Origin: Octopus vulgaris
Lineage: Eukaryota
Assembly: GCA_951406725.2 (NCBI GenBank)
Contig: OX597815.1
Span: 25,048,001-25,112,000, forward strand
Direction of reading: 5' to 3'
DNA length: 64,000 bases
A program made the translations under genes and the position numbers. This document shows, piece after piece, positions 13,131 to 26,655 of the stretch. How positions within the stretch are numbered: position 1 is the first letter of the stretch; each line of letters begins with the position of its first letter. A model generated the notes under the pieces. It was given only the letters and a program-made list of their open reading frames with translations, did no database searches and was not told the DNA's origin.

Positions 13131-13136
<6 letters not shown>
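13073..13136. repeat. Perfect 28-bp inverted repeat with 8-nt loop
   Basis: ATTTATTATATAGAAGGAGCTTCTACAG-gactagaa-CTGTAGAAGCTCCTTCTATATAATAAAT, between (TA)n tracts. Confidence 0.95.
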
Positions 13137-13180
<44 letters not shown>

Positions 13181-14135
13181 TTCTTTAAAGCTATTGCAAA
13201 GGAGTTTTGAACTTAAAATATAGGGATTAATTAAATATTTCTAACGTAACATTTCAATATCTTTGTCGTTATTATTTTTTGTGTTTAATGTTCTATCTGC
13301 ATTGCTATCGCCTTTCTGATTTTATATACGTAATGAAAGTTGGTCACAATTTCCAACCATTAGTGTTCAGTTGTCCATTGAATTAGCGTACAAGTAGCTG
13401 GATAGTCTAGAGACACGCGTCCCTTTAACGTAATTCTTGGGCGGAATCAGCGTGGTACAATGTGACAAGGCTGAACAGCACTTATGGCTCTCTTGAGACT
13501 ACTGGCAAGCAATTATTGTCAAACTCGGCGTAGTAATGTTTTCCATTTATCATCCTTGGAGTGATAAAAAAAAAAAAGAAAGAAAGGTATAACGGTTATC
13601 ATTTTCAGAATTAATGGGCCGAGAAATAGATCGAGAATTTTCTTTGTTCAAAACGTGAACATGCATAAAACATGTTAACAAACTCTCTATGAAAATACCC
13701 TAATAATTACAGATTCTAGTTTTAACTACTTTTTGAGACAAGCCTATATCTTATCCTTTAAGGTAATCTGTGAATATCTTTTACAGAAATAGCTGAGTAT
13801 CATTCCAATTATTCTAATTACAAATTAAATAACTGATGCATTTCTTAATTAATAGATGCGGTGATATTTAAATTTAGCATAATCGTTATAATTCATTGAC
13901 TTCACAGCTCAGTTTTACACAACTTATAATTATTTGTCATTGCTATGTCGATAATTAGTATACTATTGACATTTTTACCATAGATACTTGTCAGGTTTAT
14001 TTCGTGTTATCTGGTGATATTTCTGTATGCTAAACTTTCATGGTATCTTTTTGCTTTTTCATTTTCTAAAACATGTGGAGGTTTATCCAAGTGGCCCCTG
14101 AGCATTTTATCAAAGGAATTGAAATTGGATAACTA

Positions 14136-14304
14136 GACGCAGGAGTGGCTGTATGATAAGGAGTTTGCTTCCCAGCCACATGGTTCCGGGTTCAGTCCCG
14201 CTTTGTGGTACCTTTGGCAAGTGTCTTTCACTATAGCCTCGGGCCGACCAAAACCTTGTTAATAGATTTGGTAGACGGAAACTGAGAGAACTCCTATGTG
14301 TGTT

Positions 14305-14379
<75 letters not shown>

Positions 14380-14845
14380 TGTGTGTGTATGTGTGTGTGT
14401 GTGTGTGTGTGAGCTGGCAGAATCGTTAGCACACCGGGCGAAATGCTTAGCGGTATATCGTCTACCGCTACGTTCTGAGTTCAAATTTCGCCGAGGTCGA
14501 CTTTGCCTTTCATCCTTTCGGGGTCGATAAATTAAGTACCAGTTACGCACTGGGGTCGATATAATCGACTTAATCCGTTTGTCTGTCCTTGTTCGTTCCC
14601 TCTGTGTTTAGCCCCTTGTGGGTAGTAAAGAAATATATATCTATACGTGTGTCTTTGTGTCTATATTTGTCCCCTACCACCACGTGACAACGTCCCCATA
14701 GCTTAGCGGTTCGGCAAAAGAGACGAAAGAATAAGTACCAGGCTTTAAAAATGTACTGGAATCGATTCGTTCGACTAAAACTCTTCAAGACGGTGCTCCA
14801 GCATGACGTCTGTCTAATGACTGAAACAAGTAAAAGATAAAAAAA
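14136..14845 (+). mobile_element. SINE family B with a nested family A copy (about 14410-14635) in its (TG)n tract
   Basis: B head GCAGGAGTGGCTG...GGTTCAGTCCC; B tail ...GACTGAAACAAGTAAAAGA; family A sequence in between. Confidence 0.8.
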
Positions 14846-15058
14846 TAAAAGGCATATATAACGGCTTCACTGCGTCACTGTGTCGCATCCCTACGAACAT
14901 TTGAGCGTAGCTAGTACAGGACATCATGATATAATGTCTCGTTTTCAAATAGAAAACATTTGTCATCTAAGTTGCTGGGATTGTGGATATTTCTTCCAAA
15001 GTATCTAGTGGTTAGAGCCTGTCCTTTTATGCTGTCACCATTAAGTATGTTGAAAGTA

Positions 15059-15589
15059 CAGCAATGCCTCGCTTTACGAGGACCCGCTTTACGAGTTTTA
15101 TTTTTCATGTACAACATCCAAATTTTGAACGACGTGCAAAAGTTTCTGCTACCATAACAGCTACTGCATGTTATCTAGAAATTTATAGAAAGTGAAAAGA
15201 AGCTTCTAAGCGAAAAACTCTGGGCTTGTTTTTTGGGGGGTTTTTTTGGAAAAGAAATCTACAAGTCCGTCTAAGAGTGCTTGTGAATCGGAGATCGCGT
15301 CTACAAGTGACGGTATGCGTGAGTCTAGTGCGAGTGAAAGGGATTCAGAAATGATTATAATAATATGTTTTTAGTATAAATGATCTTGACATTCTTTTAA
15401 CTTTACATAAAATATTCTTTCCATTCTACAGTTTTATTGCCATTTATTTACAAATATTCTAAATTTTATAGGTAAAATATTTTTCTGAGAACAAATTACG
15501 ATTTATAACATTGTTACTATGGGAAATGATTGTTCTGCTTTACGAGCGGTTTCCAGGAACAAATTAACTGGTATATCGAGGCATTACTG
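15059..15589. mobile_element. Tigger/pogo-type MITE
   Basis: TIRs CAGCAATGCCTCG and CGAGGCATTACTG, each flanked by a TA duplication; internal GCTTTACGAG repeats. Confidence 0.8.
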
Positions 15590-15603
15590 TACTATATAAT
15601 ATA

Positions 15604-15769
15604 TATAGATGTTTTCGATCTAGTTTGGATTCTTTGCCATCAAATTTGAATTCTTTGCCATCAAATTTGAATTCTTTGCAATCAAATTTGAATTCTTTGC
15701 AATCAAATTTGTTTGCTAAGAATTCAAATTTGATGGCAAAGGATCCAAACTAGATCGAAAAAATCTATA
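15604..15769. repeat. Inverted repeat of about 52 bp enclosing a 4 x 21-bp tandem repeat
   Basis: TATAGATGTTTTCGATCTAGTTTGGATTCTTTGCCATCAAATTTGAATTCTT has a near-perfect reverse complement at the right end; unit ATTCTTTGCMATCAAATTTGA x4. Confidence 0.9.
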
Positions 15770-16160
15770 ATATACACAATTGTTCCTTCTATCGTCTCCC
15801 AGAGTTGGTGCTCTATTTCTTTATCTGATGTCTCTTAAGTTCACAGAAGCATTGACCATGTAAAGAAGTGTTTTTACGGTTGTTCTCCACGGTTAACTTA
15901 CGTGCTGTCAATACATATACCTGTTTTGGCTGTTACTTGAGATTTATAATTTAGTAATTCGGAATAAAATCACTAGGGAGAATTTTGCAGCTATTATAAT
16001 AATCCTTTTGCTATAATAATAATTAGCAATGGCATGTAGTAGATCTTCTTGTGAGGTAGTTGGCAACATAACTGCTTTTTAAACTGCTCCCTACTATCCA
16101 ATAGTCCCCTAACACCTCTTTACATATAGACTTATTGGCTGTTAGATTAAATGCTTGGTA

Positions 16161-16214
<54 letters not shown>

Positions 16215-16384
16215 GGCTTATAGAATCTAGGTCTGTCACGTTCCAGTCCAACTGCAGAGCCATATGGCTGGCACTGCAAATGTGTTAATGGGACAAATTG
16301 TATTCTTGCTATGCAGATGAGTTTAGCTTGTTTTTATTATTTCTTTATTTTTATTCTGCCAAAATATTCTGTTCATATTCACAC

Positions 16385-16424
<40 letters not shown>

Positions 16425-17189
16425 CTTTACTTCCCTCTATGCTCAAGTATTTCTTTTGGATACAATCGAGAATACGTTTTTGCTCGCACGCGTGTGTGTG
16501 TATGTATGTGCGTAACAGTAAAACCGCCCGATTCATGAAAAATTTCCCGTTTGGGAATAGTAATTGAGATTACCGTGAAACCTCATCAATGATTGTGAAG
16601 CTTAATAGTGACTTTCAGGGTTTTATTGCGGGAGGTCCAATCCTAGAAAGGCAATATGATAATTCTTTGTGCTATTGTGTTACTGATAAATACAACATTG
16701 TCAAGTTGGCAGGATCAGAAAGAGTGCCCTTCTTAGAGATGACACACGGTGGAAGCTGTGGTATGATAAATATGAGAGTTTTTGAATCTGCTAAATATAG
16801 GAATATATTTCTATATAGGGAGGAAGATTGAAGAGTTTGGCAAGAATAGAACGGCTTGCTCTAGAGAGAATTGTTTGAAGATAATGAAAGAGTCATTTAT
16901 AGGTTGACAGCATTGTTGACTTGGAGCGATTGGCAGTGTGCTCGCATTTGACGTGTTTATGAACGTGGATGTGATACTATTGAAGTGTGAAATGCAGTCT
17001 TGTCGAGTGTGTGCACTAAGCAACTGAAAGCAATGCGTGTATCAAATGTAGAAGCGTTCTTCGCAATACTGCTTAAGGAACCATTTTAGTTGAGAAGTAA
17101 TAGACCAAATGATAATGCAAAGTTGTTAGAGTTGTTCATAGCAAAAGATCAAAAGGGCTGGTTGGAATTCGACGGGCACAAAGGTATCT

Positions 17190-17611
17190 ATTTCTTTACC
17201 ACCCACAAGGGGCTAAACATAGAAGGGACAGACAAGGACAGACAAACGGATTAAGTCGATTACATCGACCCCAGTGCGTAACTGGTACTTAATTTATCGA
17301 CTCCGAAAGGATGAAAAGCAAAGTCGACCTCGGCGGAATTTGAACTCAGAACATAAAGACAGACGAAATACCTATTTCTTTACTACCCACAAGGGGCTAA
17401 ACACAGAGGGAACAAACAAGAGCAGACAAAGGGATTAAGTCGATTATGTCGACCGCAGTGCGTAACTGCTACTTAATTTATCGACCCCGAAAGAATGAAA
17501 GACAAAGTCGACCTCGGCGGAATTTGAACTCAGAACGTAGCAGCAGACGAAATACCGCTAGGCATTTCGCCCGGCGTGCTAACGTTTCTGCCAGCTCACC
17601 GCTATGAACTT
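17190..17611 (-). mobile_element. SINE family A dimer with TSD
   Basis: Two tandem minus-strand units; flanking GGCACAAAGGTATCT / GGCACAAGGGTATCT. Confidence 0.85.
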
Positions 17612-17970
17612 GGCACAAGGGTATCTTTTGCTTTACGGGTGGTAGTTATGCAAGATTTGAGGCGGTGAGTGAAGTCTTTCCAGTCAGTGAAGATAGTGAT
17701 ATTCTCTAAGTTTGTTGATTATATTCTTCTCCTGTACTACTACAGTGTGGCTGCGTGTGAATCAATAACTTAGTAAAATGGGCTTTGGCTGTATGAGCGA
17801 CGTAAAAGGACTGGCTTAAGAGGATGGTTTCGTTCGTCGTTTTGGCAATCTCAGATTACTCATTGGTCAAGCGAAAAGCACATTTACTACCGATAATTGT
17901 TTGCGCGCAACTATGAAGAATTTCGACCAGTTAGCTGACTTGAAGTGCCATAAAGTTCGGGAGGCCAGTA

Positions 17971-18790
17971 CGAGGTGGTATCAAAAGGTTCCTGGACTAG
18001 TTGTGTTTAATAAAAAAAAAAACTTATTTGCGTAAGTTTTAACATCATCTTCTTCGAAATAGACACTGTTCCCAGCGTTCCTGCCACTTTTGGAATCCGG
18101 CCAGGAAGTCGTTTTCCATAAGCGAGTCGAGGACCTTCTTCGATTCGCTCTGGGTTTCGACAACGGTGTTAAAATGGCGGCTTTTGAGCTGCATTTTCAT
18201 TTGGGGGAAGATATGGAAGTCAGTGAGTGCTAAATATGTTAAATAGGGCAGGTGCGGAAGCGATACCATATTGTTTTTGGCAAGAAACTTACGAGTGAGG
18301 AGAGATCGGTGACAGGGTGTGCATTGTCGTCATAAGGAATCCAATTCTTCGCGCTCCACAGATCCGGTCGCTTCTGCCAAGTGTTCTCCCTCGGACACTC
18401 CAAAACGTCGTAGTAGAACTCTGAATTGACGGTCTGGCCCTGGGGAACAAGTTCTCGATGCACAATCGTCCCGCCATGAGCGTCGCCGAGGGTGACGTTC
18501 AAGGCATGTCTTCCAGATCGCTCTTCGTTTTCCAGGGACGTTCTGCCACTCGATACATTGTGTGCAACCCATTGCCTAGTCGCCGTAAGCTTGCCGAAGC
18601 ATGTTCAATGTCTCTGTAGCAGACTTCTCGAGTTTAACTCAAAATTTCACGCTGGGTCTTTGTTCTTGTCCATGACAAAATCGCAGACTACAGCATACAC
18701 GTGATCACAAAAACATAAATTTCACAACTTGCAAAGTAAACAGAGCAATGTCCACTCGCCACAGACGCTGGTTGTTCAAGAAAGACTGGG
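17971..18790 (-). mobile_element. Internally deleted mariner transposon
   Basis: TA plus TIR CGAGGTGGTATCAAAAGGTTCCTGGACT at 17969-17998. Transposase remnants KSATETLNMLRQAYG (HTH), VPQGQTVNSEFY, DDNAHP, PHLPY..LA.TDFHIFP and WQERWEQC. Confidence 0.88.
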
Positions 18791-18978
18791 TTTAACTGTA
18801 AAAAAGGATGAAGTGTATTTGAAGTGGAAATGTATCTCGTTCAGGAATGCGAATTGTGGGTGATACAAACTGTTGCAGAGAGTAAAGTAGGGTAAAATAT
18901 TCGGCTTCCGCGGTAGCAAAGTTTAGATTCGCAAGAGGCAAGTGGAATTGTAAACATTGGTCATTGAGTGTGTATACT

Positions 18979-19096
<118 letters not shown>

Positions 19097-20096
19097 TGTG
19101 CACGTGCTCCAGCGCTTGTCTAAATATTAGGATTTCAGTGAGAAATTTGTTAAAAATTCTTTGACATTATGCATGCTGCTTTTGCTAGATTTATTTTTGC
19201 TGTAAATTTTAAAGGCACTAAAGCTGAATTAATTTATAGCCCTTGATGTTATGCAATGATAAATGGTGCCGTAGACAAAACAACTTTTTCTTATTTGTAA
19301 CGGTGTTAGGAATGGTGATAAAAGAACTGATAAAAGGTGAAACACAGAAAAACGTTTAAGAAACACTAGTCTAAGCCTTTTTTCTGTCTTATATCAGTAC
19401 ATGTCTACATTCCTTCTTAATAAAAATTCCAGATTGTATTCTATCCTTGAGAGAAAGAGACTTCTTTTAATTTAATCGTGACACAATCTGCTTGAATAAA
19501 TGGTTGGAATCTATCGCAAGAGTTCATTCAGAAGGGATGGGGCTTGGAGGTTATCTCTTATTTTACTCCCTTTGGAATTTTGATAATTATTTTTGAGATA
19601 AATTTTCATTCTTGCAGATTTTCAATTATTCTGTCAAACAGGCTTATATTTCTGGTGTCATTCTGTCAGAAATCGGTCGACACCAACATAGTTTAGTTGT
19701 AAAAAGTGATGCCATTGTACTTCGTATGGTGTCTTGTAACATATATATTGCAAAGTATATATGCTAAACTATTATTACATGGTAAATTGAAAGTGCGGAA
19801 TTTTACTCATTAAAACTCAGTCAAGTCATCAGAGTGAAAAAAAAAATTATTGTACTAGAAAGGAATATTAGGGCAAATTTAAAAGTAGGAGGCAGCATTG
19901 GATGAATACTTGACTAAACACTTTGCTATATTTAGTTACATACCAATATCTTCTGAGTTCAAAATCTCGCATGGATCGTCTTTCACTCTTCCGGGGTCGA
20001 TAAAATTAGTAGATCTATTCGACTATAACATTCTTCAAAAGAAAGAAAAAAAGAATAAATTGCATGTCTTTGTGAAATGCTAAATGTCAAATTACC

Positions 20097-21090
20097 TATT
20101 TCTTTACTACCCACAAGGGGCTAAACACAGAGAGGACAAACAAGGACAAACAAGGATTAAGTCGATTATATCGACCCCCAGTGCGTAACTGGTACTTATT
20201 TAATCGACCCCGAAAGGATGAAAGGCAAAGTCAACCTCGGCGGAGTTTGAACTCAGAACGTAACGGCAGACGAAATACGGCTACGCATTTCGCTCGGCGT
20301 GCTAACGTTTCTGCCAGCTCGCCGCTAAATGTCAAATTACCGTTAACGTGTTGATATTAAGCTGTAGAGAACGAGGTCGACTTTGCCTTTCATCCTTTCG
20401 TGGTCGATAAAATAAGTACCAGTTGAACGTTGAGGTCGATGTAATCGACTTATCCACACTTCCCACAAGCTACCCTTGTAGCAAAAATTTGAAATAATAT
20501 TAAGCTGTAAAGAAAGGTGGTGAGCTGAAAGAATCGTTAGCACGCCGGACGAAATGCTTAGCGGTATTTCGTCTGCCGCTACGTTCTGAGTTCAAATTCT
20601 GCCGCGGTCGACTTTGCCTTTCATCCTTTCGGGGTCGATAAATTAAGTACTAGTTTCGCACTGGGGTCGATGTAATCGACTTAATCCGTTTGTCTTTCCT
20701 TGTTTGTCCCCTCTGTGCTTAGCCCCTTGTGGGTAGTAAAGAAATGGGTATTTCGTTTGCAGCTACGTTCTGAGTTCAAATTCCGCCGAGGTCGACTTTG
20801 CCTTTCATCCTTTCGGGGTCGATAAATTAGGTACCAGTTACGCACTGGAGTCGATGTAATCGACTTAATACCTATGTCTGTCCTTGTTTGTCCTCTCTGT
20901 GTTTAACCCTTTGTGGGTAGTAAAGAAATAGATATTTCGCCCATCGTTACGTTCTGAGTTCAAATTCCGCCGAGGTCGACTTTGTTTTTCATCCTTTCGG
21001 GGCCGATAAATTAAGTATCAGTGAAACACGAGTCAATGTAATCGACTACTCTCCTCCCCCGATTTCAGGCCTTGTGCCTATTGTAGAAAG
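20097..21090. mobile_element. SINE family A cluster: minus copy 20097-20323 with 18-bp TSD, partial plus copy, and plus-strand trimer at about 20515-21050
   Basis: TSD GCTAAATGTCAAATTACC at 20079-20096 and 20324-20341; repeated family A cores. Confidence 0.88.
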
Positions 21091-24000
21091 GACAATAAGC
21101 TGTAGAGAATTGGATTGTTTTATTCCCAGCTGAAAACCGTTTTATATTGTTTACATTGATAGTGGTTCTCATATAAAGCACCTTGAGGAGTATCGCGGTG
21201 CATCGTGGAGTTTCAAAAATATAATTTAAGTCTTTAGAAAAATCTGGATTTATATGGCCGAGCTTCTGGAAAAACGAATTACTCATAGTTATGTTAGACA
21301 TAGACGTGATTAATGAAACAATAGTTTCTTAGTTGGTGGCAGGGCGGCGTGTGTATGTGTGATTATTAATTTAAAACATATTAGAAAGAAAGATTTCCCC
21401 ATGTGAAATGCGCCATATTTTTCATATGGAGTGTTCCAGTGATTTTGTCGAGAGCTTGCTTATTTTGTGCGTTTGCTGAAGATCATCGTTGTGTAGTTGA
21501 TCATTAGAAGGAAGATTACTGTGTCCTTAAATTGAATGAAAGATCAGGTTGGCTACTACTATTATTACAAATAAAACAAATTCACGAACGTTCAACCATA
21601 TTTTATTGATAGAAAATTGTGCATATAAATACGTAAATTATTACAGATTCACTGGTTATCAGAATAATAAATAGGAAATAATTTACTGCGTTGGCTTAGA
21701 CATTTTCTATCTGGAAGGGGAAAATATAGATATAGATACCACCACATATTGTTAAAGCTTGGAAAAGAAAACCGTGATGTCTTGTCTGAAGGCTAGCTGT
21801 AGTCTGCTGTGACCTGTCTTCCTTGAAGGCTAACTAACACACAGCAAGAAGTCTATGTGTTAGACGCCAAACTATTTAACTAGTTAAAAGGGCGCAAAAC
21901 TAGAATATTCCAGAAAACTACATCACGCCACAGTTTCACTCTGATTGGTTGATTTTATTGATAGAAAACTCTACATATCAATCATGTGAAACTGTAGTAG
22001 CATATTCATGATCAGAAACATAATTTCGTAGTCAGGGTTCGAATCCTTACAATATATTTTTTCCATCGTGTCACGAACTCAAAATGTTTAAGAACTAACG
22101 TCTCTGTGTAGACGTTCGGTTTATTCGAAAGAACTGCCAAATCTCTCTCAAATTTTTTCTACTATATTCAAAATGGAAGAGAGGTGCGTAACTTAACCAT
22201 GGATATATAGTATACAGTCTTTAAAAAACAAAATAAGTCTGAATGATCACAAATTCAACTCTGGATATTTGATCGTAGCTCTGCTGGATCGTAATTGACC
22301 TTGGGCTAAACAACCACATGAATGTATAAATACTTGAAAATTATTGTGTAATAGCTCTGCACTAGAATACACGGCCGACAAAACAAAATTGACCACCGAC
22401 AATGAAAGGTCAAGAGAAGTGATTACCCTTTGACAGATAGCTTTTGATTGTGAATGTTTAAGCAATTGACTTTTTCATACTTGTACTAAAGATGAATAAA
22501 TATTTATTCAATGCTACTGATATAGGAACGCATTAACTACAAGAGATACTTATAGTAAATAGTACTTTAATACTCTATCGCCTTCAGTCTTTGGTTGTTG
22601 CTATTTTATAGTAATGACTGTAATTTAAATCTATTGCCTATGATTAATACTATCAAGTTAACCCTATAAAACTCATAACAACAGTATTAATGGACTTTAC
22701 AATTGACTAAATGGAGTATACATTTAAATGAAGTACATAGTTAAATGGTAGTTAACATTTAGTAAGCGAAGTAAAGATTTTATTAATTGAAATTACTCTC
22801 ATAATAAAGAGGAAAAGCGTTAGATTTCGTTGTTAACTCTTGTGAAGAAAAGCAATTGAAGCAATTCTGAAATCTCAATTAATAGTTGAATGAAGACGTG
22901 TAGTGAGGTGTGAATCTGGCCATTGGTCCTACAGAGACAATTCCGGACGTATTTAGATGTTATTAGCCCTCCTCAGCGAGAGACAATCTTACCATACTTT
23001 CCAGATCCCATACGAATTCAGAGAATAATAAATACTTTGACGGAAAACATGTTAGAAAAACGACTGGAGAAATTTTCTTCTACACGGAGAACTTATATTT
23101 AATGGTTAACGTGCTTAATACAACGAGCCACTTACATTCGTAATGAAAGACAATAATTAGCTTTAATGAGTATAATTATTAATTATTTTTTCTCAAGAAA
23201 GGCGTGTTGTTTCTTTTTTATCTCTGAAAATGAAATATTTAATCAATTCCATCATTATAGTAATTTAAATTACTATAATTTAAATTTTGCATAAGATTAT
23301 AATATTTTAGATAAATGATTGATTGGTATAAAGTTGAATTCAATAGTCCTAAATTAGATGAAAGATTTTCGATATTCATCAGTTTGGTTTTCAATCCATA
23401 TCAGGGGTTTTAATCTTGCATGTGCACTTAGTTCCAGACTGAGTTCGAATCCTAAAACTTTCTTCCTAAAGACTTAAGGGTAATAATATTGTTATTTATT
23501 GTTCCACTGTTAGATGTAGTGTTTCAAGATTCACAGTAAAGGTGGCAAACTGGCAGAGTCGGTAGTGCATTGAATAAAATGCCGAGAAGAGAATCTGTTT
23601 CGAATTTCTGTGTTTTGTGTTCAAATCTCGCCGAGATCATCATTGTCTTTCATCATTTCGGAGTCGATAAAAAAATGTCCAATTAAGAAGATCGGATGGG
23701 CAGAACTGTTAGAGCATCTGGCAGGATATCTTGAAGTATTTGTTCCAGCTCTTTGCATTCTTACAGCAACGCCTGTGATGTCTCTATGTCAGGTTCTATC
23801 GGCACTAAAGCGCCAAACTTTTCCTTGGACGACATCGGTGACATGGAGAGGTGAAACTTAATACGCAAAGGCAGGTGCCAATCTTCCTCGAAAATCCTTG
23901 CCCAGACCTATGCAAATAGGATAGGTATATGGTTAACCTTGGTCGACGGAGGCCCTAAATTCATATTTACTTTTCAGTAACGGCAATCATACCGAGTTTA

Positions 24001-24782
24001 TGTGAGCGTTGAACTTACTCATTAGACTACAAGCTAACGTCAACACAAAGTACTTGACGTTTTTCTTTCCAGTTTGCAGTATGATTCTTTATCAGTAGCG
24101 TAAATTTCATTTCAGATTTGCACTGTGGTTCTTAATCAGTAGTGTAAATTTCATTCCATAACAGTATCGTTTGCTTTCTCGCACTATATATATAATTAGC
24201 CGTTCATGACATAGATGCTTCTCCTCTCATTTAGCCTTTCTGAGCTTCCATAAATGACCATTTCTATTTCTTGCAGGCGTAATGTATCTAAGATTACATT
24301 ATCCAAAGTATCTTTGGTTTCGAAGATGATGTGTGATTTGGGGTGACTGATTGCTATTTTCAGCAGATCAAATGACCACATGAACGTTCTCACCAAGTGT
24401 CACTATGTTGTACTGAGTGACAGTGTTGCCAACCCAGTCATGGACACAGATTGCTGGTAGTTGCTGTTATTGTTGTTGTTTAACCTTTGATCATACAGAA
24501 GATCAAAAGAGTTCCGTTCGTACACATTCGTCTTTTTGCATATCTAGAATAATGGTATTTAAAGTCTACTTCCTGCTTTAAGATATGATTTAAAGGAACT
24601 TAGCTGCTATCTTTTTGTAGAAGAAGCAACCACGCGCAGGCTCCTTCGGTGTCACACCATCGATACAGATTTTCAAATGGAGTTGACCGTTATCAGATTT
24701 TTAGATTGATTCTACAAAACCTAACCAGTTATAAAATTATTCTACGACTAACAGACATCCATTAATATTTTTTCTTTTTCAG

Positions 24783-24851
24783 AGAAAACTTTGGCTACAA
24801 ACTCAGTAAACCTCTTGGAGACGATAAAGAACAATATGGCTTCCTATACAG
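24783..24851 (+). CDS. DNase I-like gene, exon B (R-ENFGYKLSKPLGDDKEQYGFLY-R)
   Basis: Acceptor ttttctttttcAG (24781-24782), donor AG|GTaaac (24852); 69 nt, phase 2 to 2. Matches DNase I YVVSEPLGRNSYKERYLFVYR. Confidence 0.9.
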
Positions 24852-25110
24852 GTAAACTATCCAAAATTCAGTTTGTCAATGATATTAGTCAACATTGGAA
24901 AAATTAACTTCATATTTTTACTTTTTTTTTTGTTTTTTGTTTCAGTCTCTTTTTTTTTTTAGTCATACTCTTAACTCATCTATTTATATTTCTAACACGA
25001 TGAACAAGGGTTAATGATAAGGATACTGATTTTATAATTGTCTAATCAATAGTTTGGAAATTGAATAAATAGGTGATGTTGGAGCAGTGTTTAACCTTTC
25101 ATTTTTTAGT

Positions 25111-25186
<76 letters not shown>

Positions 25187-25321
25187 TGTGTTCCTTCACC
25201 AGTCGCTGTTCTGTTTTCTATACATTTCAACCGTATATACATTCATACACACACACATACATACATACATACATACATACATACATACATACATACATAC
25301 ATACATACATACATACATACA

Positions 25322-25640
25322 TTATGGCTGCCTCCTCGTTACTGGCGCTGTGATCGAATGTGACATTTTAGCCCAGCTAAAGATCTACAATGTCTTGTAC
25401 AAAATTGGCAACTAAGACCTTTACTGGTAATAGCCGGCTGTAGTTGTAACTGGGCTTCATGTACCTTTGCACGTCGTTTAAGTCCTCCTGCCGAATTACA
25501 CTCTCTTCCACATGCCCGACAGATATGATTAGTATGGTGTGTTACACCACCACCAGTGGCCAGGTTGTCACATACATCTGTTTCGCTTTATGACTACGAA
25601 GATGACTCATGAGTCCAGCTTTACTGAGGCAGGGTCTTGC
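25322..25640 (-). mobile_element. RTE/BovB-type LINE 3' fragment with three C2H2-like repeats
   Basis: CARPCLSKAGLMSHLRSH, CRACGRECNSAGGLKRRAKVH and CQFCTRHCRSLAGLKCHIRS, with one internal stop. Embedded in (TATG)n on both sides. Confidence 0.6.
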
Positions 25641-25699
25641 ACATACATACATACATACATACATACATACATACATACATACATACATACATACATACA

Positions 25700-25732
<33 letters not shown>

Positions 25733-26281
25733 GCATCGTTCCATCACTAATTTATACATGCTTTCAACGTACCCTACATCTCAACAGCCACGAACTCAGA
25801 CATTCCAAATTAAACAGTTGAGCAGATCTGTGATCAAAGGTGTCCCAATTGTAACTACTCTCATCTTTTTTTACGTATGAAGAACATTTTCCAGTATTGT
25901 CCCTTTTATAATGATAGAGAGTAGTTTGAAGGATATTTAACTGCTAGTTCTAACAGATCGAGTGTCCATATAGAGGAACCCTCTTTAGCTCATGTAGCTC
26001 CAGTCGTCGTATAATGCGTAATGAGCAAATGAATTTGCTTAGGCCCAATCCTCTTCCACAATCGAATTTGCAGGCGCGTCGAACGTGATGTATAATAAAC
26101 TCTAAGAATTGTAATCGGGTCGAGGATTCAGGTTGCTAAAATATACTGTTGACATGTTACAACATTCAGATTTGATATGTGCTACAAATTCATTGAAAAA
26201 AGATCCTTGAATAACTGCAGGTCGTTGAGATTCAGCAGCACGTTTACATACGTACCAGAGGTATAACTCATTTATTATTGA

Positions 26282-26655
26282 CTAGCAGTATCCCCCGGCG
26301 TTGCTCGGGTTTGTAAGGGAAATAACTATATAAGCATTTTTAGAGATGTAAAGTATAATAGCCATCTCAATATGGCTAACCACAAAGGGCGGGGGTTACT
26401 GTAACTTTTTACGTTCTGAGATTTAATAATAAATTTTTAGAGAGTTACTTCCCTTATATATGCCAAAAATGCATTAAAAATGGGGAAAATTGATGGTAAT
26501 TTTTTTTTTAATCGTAGACTCATCGTAGGGCTCGATATGAATCACGACTATAAGATACCCGGTTTTGGTTAAACTGCACCGCAAAATGTCGGAGTAGTTA
26601 GGAATCTAAATCGTAGGAGACAGACAGCACACAACCTCACTTTTATATATAAAGA
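26282..26655 (-). mobile_element. Non-autonomous Helitron, complete (374 bp)
   Basis: Minus strand starts TCTTTATATATAAAAGTGAGG and ends CCCGAGCAACGCCGGGGGATACTGCTAG. A|T target. The 3' end closely matches the 1560-1891 element, but the interior differs. Confidence 0.85.

Noticed and set aside
15626-15710. CRISPR-like array
   Set aside because: The 21-bp units are contiguous with no unique spacers, the context is eukaryotic, and there are no cas genes.
19618-19770. Strong-looking acceptor (cattcttgcAG) with a short open frame; a similar one at about 36845
   Set aside because: No similarity to DNase I or any protein I recognise; exons A-B and B-C already join in frame without a major alignment gap.
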